From: Neocallimastix sp. 'constans'
Taxonomy: Eukaryota
Assembly (NCBI GenBank): GCA_050613775.1
Contig: JBODTK010000108.1
Span: forward strand, 310,001-374,000
Direction of reading: 5' to 3'
DNA length: 64,000 nt
Positions 57,216 to 64,000 of this stretch are shown here, one piece after another; the first letter of the stretch is position 1; every line of letters starts with the position of its first letter. The notes below the pieces were generated by a model, which ran no database searches, had not been told where the DNA came from, and worked only from the letters and a program-made list of their open reading frames with translations. A program made the position numbers and the translations under genes.

Positions 57216-58058
57216 ATGGATATTGAAAAGGAAAAAAAATTTAATAAGAAAATCATAATTGGATTTATTTATTTTATTATTACTGTTGTTGTAATACTTC
57301 TCATTTTTAGCTCCTTCACTGTAATCGATGCTGGTCATACAGGTGTTGTGGTGAGATTAGGAAAAGTATCAGATAATGTTCTTAACGAAGGATTTCACTT
57401 CAAATTACCAATTATTACAAATATTGTTAAAATTGATAATAGAGTACTTAAAACCGAAGTTGAATCCAATTCTGCTTCTAAGGATTTACAATCTATTTCT
57501 TCAAAAGTATCAGTAAACTACAGAGTAAATACCAATTCTTCTGCTAGTATTTATAAGAATGTTGGTCAAGGCTTTGAAACAGTTATTGTAAATCCAGCTA
57601 TTCAAGAATGTATGAAATCGGTTGCATCTAAATATACTGCAGAAGAACTCATTACCAAACGTGCAATAGTATCTTCAGAAATGGAAAAAGAAATTTCACA
57701 AAAGATTAATCCTTGTGGATTAAATATTGAAGTATTCAATATCATTAATTTTGAGTTCTCAAAAGAATTTAGTAAAGCCATTGAAGCCAAACAAACAGCT
57801 CAACAACAAGCATTAAAAGCTGAACAAGATCTTGCAAGAATTAAAGTTGAAGCTAGTCAAACTGTTGAAAAGGCTAAAGCAGAATCGGAAGCCTATCAAC
57901 TTAAAAACCAACAATTAACAGATAAAGTCATTATGATGGAATTTGTTGAAAAATGGGATGGAAAATTTCCTACTGTTACATCAGGAGGATCAGCATTATT
58001 TGATATGAGTTCATTTATTAGCAGTAATGGACTTAAAGATGATAAAAAAGGAAAATAA
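57216..58058 (+). CDS. SPFH/prohibitin-family protein, copy 3
   Basis: 280-aa paralog with private substitutions PYG>PCG and KLP>KFP. Confidence 0.92.
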   Translation: MDIEKEKKFNKKIIIGFIYFIITVVVILLIFSSFTVIDAGHTGVVVRLGKVSDNVLNEGFHFKLPIITNIVKIDNRVLKTEVESNSASKDLQSISSKVSVNYRVNTNSSASIYKNVGQGFETVIVNPAIQECMKSVASKYTAEELITKRAIVSSEMEKEISQKINPCGLNIEVFNIINFEFSKEFSKAIEAKQTAQQQALKAEQDLARIKVEASQTVEKAKAESEAYQLKNQQLTDKVIMMEFVEKWDGKFPTVTSGGSALFDMSSFISSNGLKDDKKGK

Positions 58059-60020
58059 AAATAATAAATATGTAAATTATTTTGAAAATTAAAACAAAAC
58101 GGGAATTTCGTTGTACTTATTTCAAACCTTGCATATAATATTGTATATATTTTTTAAATTAAATGAAAAAAAAAATAAACACGAAGAAAATTTAATATCT
58201 CTTAAATAAGATATAATATTATTAAATTAAAATATAAATTTATAAAATTTTAAAACATTTATATAATAATATAGTAATATTGTTTTTAAAGTTAATGTGA
58301 AAATAAAATAAAATATTAAAAATAAATAACAAATATTAAAATTATATAGCAAGAAATAAAAATAAAATATTATTATTAAGTTTAAGTGTGTAATCATTAT
58401 TATGAAAAATTTTATTTGCATAATGGAATATTTCGTAATTTATTGATAGATCTTAATTTTAACTCAACAATTACTTCTTTTTAATTTTTTTTTTCTAATA
58501 TATATATGATAACTAATTATTATTATGAGAGGTGTAATTGATATTTACATTTTTATTATTACGCAATTGGTCAAAATTTGAAAAAGGTGAATATAAAGTT
58601 AGTAATAAAGAAAATAAATCTAAATTGTTTTTCAAAATTAAAAACTCATGAATTATTTTGATAAATCAAAATCTAATCAAATTAATTATAAATATATTTC
58701 ATACTAACATTTAATTATTTCATTAATAAAATTTATAATTTTAATAATTGATAAATTATTTTTTTTTGTTAAAGTTTAGTGATATTTATTAATAAAAGAA
58801 TTCATTATTATATTTAATAATATTATTTAATACATTAATTTTATTTTTTTCTGTTTAATACATATTATATATTATTAATTAAAATATTTTTTTTAATATT
58901 TTTGTTTATAAATATATATTTTTAATTTTTTTATTTTTTGCTAAATTTTACAAATAAATTATAAAATTTTGTAATTTTTAAAAATTGATGAAATATAGGA
59001 AAATCACTTAAAAACAATTTTAATATAATTAAAATAATAGAAAACTAATAATGAAAAAAGAAAAACAATATTTTATTTAATTTATAAAAAAGTATACCAT
59101 AGAAAGAAATTATATAAAGTTAAAATTCTTTTTCTAAAATAAATATAAAATAGATATAAAGAAAAAGAGAATTGTTAAAATAAATTTATATATTAACAAT
59201 TTTTATATAATTTTAATATTATGATTTTTAAAAAATAATATTTAAAATAATATTTACATTTCACATGATTAGTCACTAATAATATCAAATTTATTGTAGG
59301 TTTAATTTTTTTTACTGTTTTTAATATAATAAAAATGATCTTTCTTGTGGTTTAGGGGAGAATTTAGTGGATACCACACTATCTATTTTAGAGATTCTAC
59401 TTTTTTGTTTTATTATTTTATATTTAACTGGTGATCATGTTACTACATTAAAAATGTAATTCATAAAAATATAATCTTCTATTTAATAAAGCACTGGAAG
59501 TGTATTCTCTTCTTAGTCTAAAAAAAAAAAATTAAAAATAAAAAATTAAATAAAATAAAATTATTTTTTAAAAAATTATTATATTTTATTTATTCATTAA
59601 AGTATTATTATTATTTTTTTTATATAAATATTCCTTTTTTTTTTTTTCCTTAAAAAAATAAAAAACTGAAAAACAAATATCGAAAAACCAAAACAAACGA
59701 ACAAAAACAAAAATAAAAATAAAAACAAAATCAAAGAATAAAAAAAAAAAGAAAACAAAAATAAAAAATAAAAACTAAAATTAAATAAAAAATATATTAA
59801 AAATTATAAATAAATAGATATATATAATCAAATTTATAAATTAAAAAAAAATAAATTAATAAATAATAATGGATTTTGAAAATAAGAAAAAAAAATACTA
59901 AGAAAATCATAATTGGATTTATTTATTTTATTATGGCTGTTATTGAAATACTTCTCATTATTAGCTGTTATGAGTCTTAGGAAAAGGTTTCCTTATAATC
60001 TACACCTAATTTTTGGGTAA
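58059..60020 (+). repeat. Segmental duplication of 44050-45810 (SPFH 3' flank, promoter, SPFH stub and copia junction)
   Basis: Colinear near-identical sequence, e.g. gtggtttaggggagaatttagtggataccacac in both. About 0.2 kb (58747-58963) is absent from the first copy. Confidence 0.9.
59869..59966 (+). pseudogene. Second 5' stub of an SPFH gene, fused to a short copia RT fragment (~59962-60078)
   Basis: Same sequence and same junction as 45657..45754. Confidence 0.85.
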
Positions 60021-60501
60021 ATCTTCATGCAACAATCCAACATTTCTTTGGAATATTTTTCTTTAGGAATTTCTTTTAATAAAAATAAAAATAAAAATAA
60101 TAATAATAATACTAATAATAATAAAAATTATTATAACATTAAATATTATACCCAAAAAATAAAATATAATTATTCCTTTAAATATTATTTAAAATATTAT
60201 TAAAAACGAAATTATAAAAATATAAATACAACGATGCTTATATAATTTATATAATATTGTACATAAAATATAAATATATTAAAAAAAAATTAAAAAAAGG
60301 AAATGAAAAATTTATTATCTAATAAATAAGTTAATATATTATTTTAATAAAATATAAATTTATAAAATTATAAAATATTTAGTAAATTATAAAATATTTA
60401 GTAAATTATAAAAATTTATATTATAATATAATAATATTGTCTTTAATTTCTATTATTAAAAAAAATACAATATTAAAAATAAATAACAGATATTAATATT
60501 T

Positions 60502-60576
<75 letters not shown>

Positions 60577-60820
60577 CATTATTTTAACATTAAATACTAT
60601 ACCCAAAAAATAAAATATTATTCTTCATTTAAATATTATTAAAAATATTATTTAAAAATGAAATTATTAAAATATAAATACTATTAAATACTAATTTCAA
60701 ACAGTCATGCAATATATTTTTATAAGAAATAATTATATAAAATTTATATTAAAAAAGTATATAAATAAATAAATAAATAAATAAATAATTAATTAATTAA
60801 ACAAACAAATAAACGAATAA

Positions 60821-60862
<42 letters not shown>

Positions 60863-60893
60863 AATTAATTAATTAAACAAACAAATAAACGAA

Positions 60894-60926
<33 letters not shown>

Positions 60927-62368
60927 AATTAATTAAACAAACAAATAAACGAATAAATAAATAAATAAATAAATAAATAAAAAAGATATATTATATATAT
61001 ATTATTTTTTATATTTATATATATAATTCAATTAGAACTTAAAAAATGTGGATTGATCAAAATTATTAAAATTTATGTTTTTGTTAATAAAAAATTAAAA
61101 TTATTATAAAAAAATTTTTTTTCGTAAAAGAACATTCAGCAATTTATTATAGATCTTAATTTTAACTTAATAATTAATTTTATTATTATTATTTTTTTTT
61201 TAAAATATATGTGTATATATACATACATTCAATGCAGAACTACGGTAACTAATTATCATGGATGAAAATTTATATTTATATTTTTATTGTTACACAATTA
61301 GTCAAAATTGTTAAAAGGGTGATAATAAGGAAGAAAATAGATTTAAATTGCTTTACATGTTAACAAAGTAAGAATTATTTTGATAAATCAAATTCTAATA
61401 AATTTTTTAAAAAATTATTGATAAATATATTTCATACTAAAATTTAATTATTTTATTAATAAATTTATAATTTAAATAATTGAATAATTAATTTTTTTTT
61501 GTTAAAAGTATATAGATATTTATTAATAAAAGAAATTCATTGTTATTTTTATTAATATTATTTAATACATTATTTTTAATATTTTCAGTTTAATATATAT
61601 TAATTAAAACAATATTTTTTTATTATTTCTGTTTAGCAAACAATGAATATATAATTTTAATTTTCTTTTTTTAAATTTTACACACAATACATATTTAATT
61701 TGTAATTTTAAAAAATTGATGTAATTTAGGAAAAAAAGAAAATCACATAAAAACAATTTTTTAATACAATTAAAAAAATAGAAAACTAAAACTAAAAATA
61801 AAAAAATAAAATCAATTTTTTATTTAATTTCATGAAAATATACTATAGAAAAAATTATATAAAGTTAACATTCTTTTTTTAAAAAAATTAAATATAAGAA
61901 AGAAATAAAGAAAAAAAGAATTATCACAATAAATTAATTTTTATTTTAACATTTTTAAATTTATTGTTTAATGAATATTCTGATTTTAAAAAAAATGTTT
62001 ATAATCCACGTGATCAATCATTAATAATATTAAATTTAGTATAGATTTAAATATTTTTACTGCCTTAATATAATATATAATAAAAAAAAATTTATTCCAT
62101 TTATTCATTAAATTAATTTTTTTTTTTTCATATAAATATTCCTTTTTTTCCTTAAAATAATAAAAAACTAAAAACTAAAAAACAAAAAACAAAAAACAAA
62201 CTAAAAACAAAAAAATAAAATAACAATAAAACTAAAAATTTAAATAAAAAATATCTTAAAAAAATAAATAAATCTAAATATAAAATTAAATTAATAAATT
62301 AATAAAAAAAAAAAAATAAAATATATATTAATAAATTAAAAAAAAAAAAAATAAATTAAAAAATAATA

Positions 62369-63211
62369 ATGGATATTGAAAAGGAAAAAAAATTTAATAA
62401 GAAAATCATAATTGGATTTATTTATTTTATTATTACTGTTGTTGTAATACTTCTCGTTTTTAGTTCCTTTACTGTGATTGATGCTGGTCATACAGGTGTT
62501 GTGGTGAGATTAGGAAAAGTATCGGATAATGTTCTTAACGAAGGATTTCACTTCAAATTACCAATTATTACAAATATTGTTAAAATTGATAATAGAGTAC
62601 TTAAAACTGAAGTTGAATCCAATTCTGCTTCTAAGGATTTACAATCTATTTCTTCAAAAGTATCAGTAAACTACAGAGTAAATACCAATTCTTCTGCTAA
62701 GATTTATAAGAATGTTGGTAATAACTTTGAAACAGTTATTGTAAATCCAGCTATTCATGAATGTATGAAATCAGTTACAGCTAAATACAATGCAGAAGAA
62801 CTCATTACCAAACGTGCAAGAGTATCTTCAGAAATGGAAAAAGAAATTTCACAAAAGATTAATCCTTATGGATTAAATATTGAAGTATTCAATATTATTG
62901 ATTTTGACTTCTCAGAAGAATTTAGTAAAGCCATTGAAGCCAAACAAACAGCTCAACAACAAGCATTAAAAGCTGAACAAGATCTTGCAAGAATTAAAGT
63001 TGAAGCTAGTCAAACTGTTGAAAAGGCTAAAGCAGAATCGGAAGCCTATCAACTTAAAAATCAACAATTAACTGATAAAGTTATTATGATGGAATTTGTT
63101 GAAAAATGGGATGGAAAACTTCCTACTGTTACATCAGGAGGATCAGCATTATTTGATATGAGTTCATTTATTAACACTAATGGACTTAAAGATGATAAAA
63201 AAGGAAAATAA
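62369..63211 (+). CDS. SPFH/prohibitin-family protein, copy 4
   Basis: 280-aa paralog; its 5' flank (~61007-62368) duplicates 55920-57215. Confidence 0.93.
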   Translation: MDIEKEKKFNKKIIIGFIYFIITVVVILLVFSSFTVIDAGHTGVVVRLGKVSDNVLNEGFHFKLPIITNIVKIDNRVLKTEVESNSASKDLQSISSKVSVNYRVNTNSSAKIYKNVGNNFETVIVNPAIHECMKSVTAKYNAEELITKRARVSSEMEKEISQKINPYGLNIEVFNIIDFDFSEEFSKAIEAKQTAQQQALKAEQDLARIKVEASQTVEKAKAESEAYQLKNQQLTDKVIMMEFVEKWDGKLPTVTSGGSALFDMSSFINTNGLKDDKKGK

Positions 63212-63789
63212 TAAAAATAATAAATATGCAATTTATTTTGAAAATAAAAACACATCGAGAATTACGTTGTATTTATTTCAAACCTTGCATATAATATTGT
63301 ATATAATATATAAATGAAATAAAAAAAAAATAAAAAATAAAAAATTTACTATCAATTAAATAGGAAATAATATTATTATAATATATAATACAAATTTATA
63401 AAATTTTAAAATATTTAATTAATAATAAAACATTTATATTATAATATAATAATATTGTCTTTAAATTTTATTATTAAAATACAATTCAATATTAAAAATA
63501 AATAATAAATATTAAAATTATATAAAAACAACAATAATAATAATACTAATAATAATAATTATAAAATAAAATACTATTTCTAGATTAAAAATATTACTAT
63601 CATTTAAAATATTATTAAAAATATTATTAAAAATGAATTTATTAAAATATAAATATTATAAAATACTAATTTCAAACAATTATATAATGTATATTTATAA
63701 AAAATTATGAATTATATAAATTTTATATTAAAATAAAGTATATAAAATAAAAATAATAAAATTTATTTAAAAATAATAAAAAAGAATCA

Positions 63790-63820
<31 letters not shown>

Positions 63821-63822
63821 AA

Positions 63823-63861
<39 letters not shown>

Positions 63862-64000
63862 TTTGTATTTATATTTTTAGAATTTATAAATGTGGATTGA
63901 ATAAAAATTATAAAAATTTATATATGTATTAATGAAAAATACAAATTATAAAAATTTTTATTTTTATAATAGAACATTCCATAATTTATTGATAGACGTA

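Overview
Extremely AT-rich eukaryotic DNA with long homopolymers and microsatellites and short GT-AG introns. The composition, intron style and bacterial-like intronless genes suggest an anaerobic gut fungus (Neocallimastigomycota); this is inference only. Left part (1-38 kb): a frameshifted GH3 beta-glucosidase pseudogene with inverted, rumen-bacterial domain order, an F-box gene, a 5-exon hypothetical gene, a LINE remnant, a PHO2/HOY1/Phx1-type homeobox gene, a nested TE graveyard (MITEs with visible TSDs, a MULE transposase pseudogene, a Ty1/copia remnant) and a 12-exon gene missed by the ORF track that resembles a degenerate dethiobiotin synthetase. Right part (39-64 kb): an intronless, same-strand, recently amplified island. 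It holds four intact and two truncated bacterial-type SPFH/prohibitin genes, recombined into mosaics, around three related coiled-coil genes. One of those three carries phage-tail-like repeats and a C-terminal membrane anchor. Family calls are from motif recognition by eye; no searches were run.
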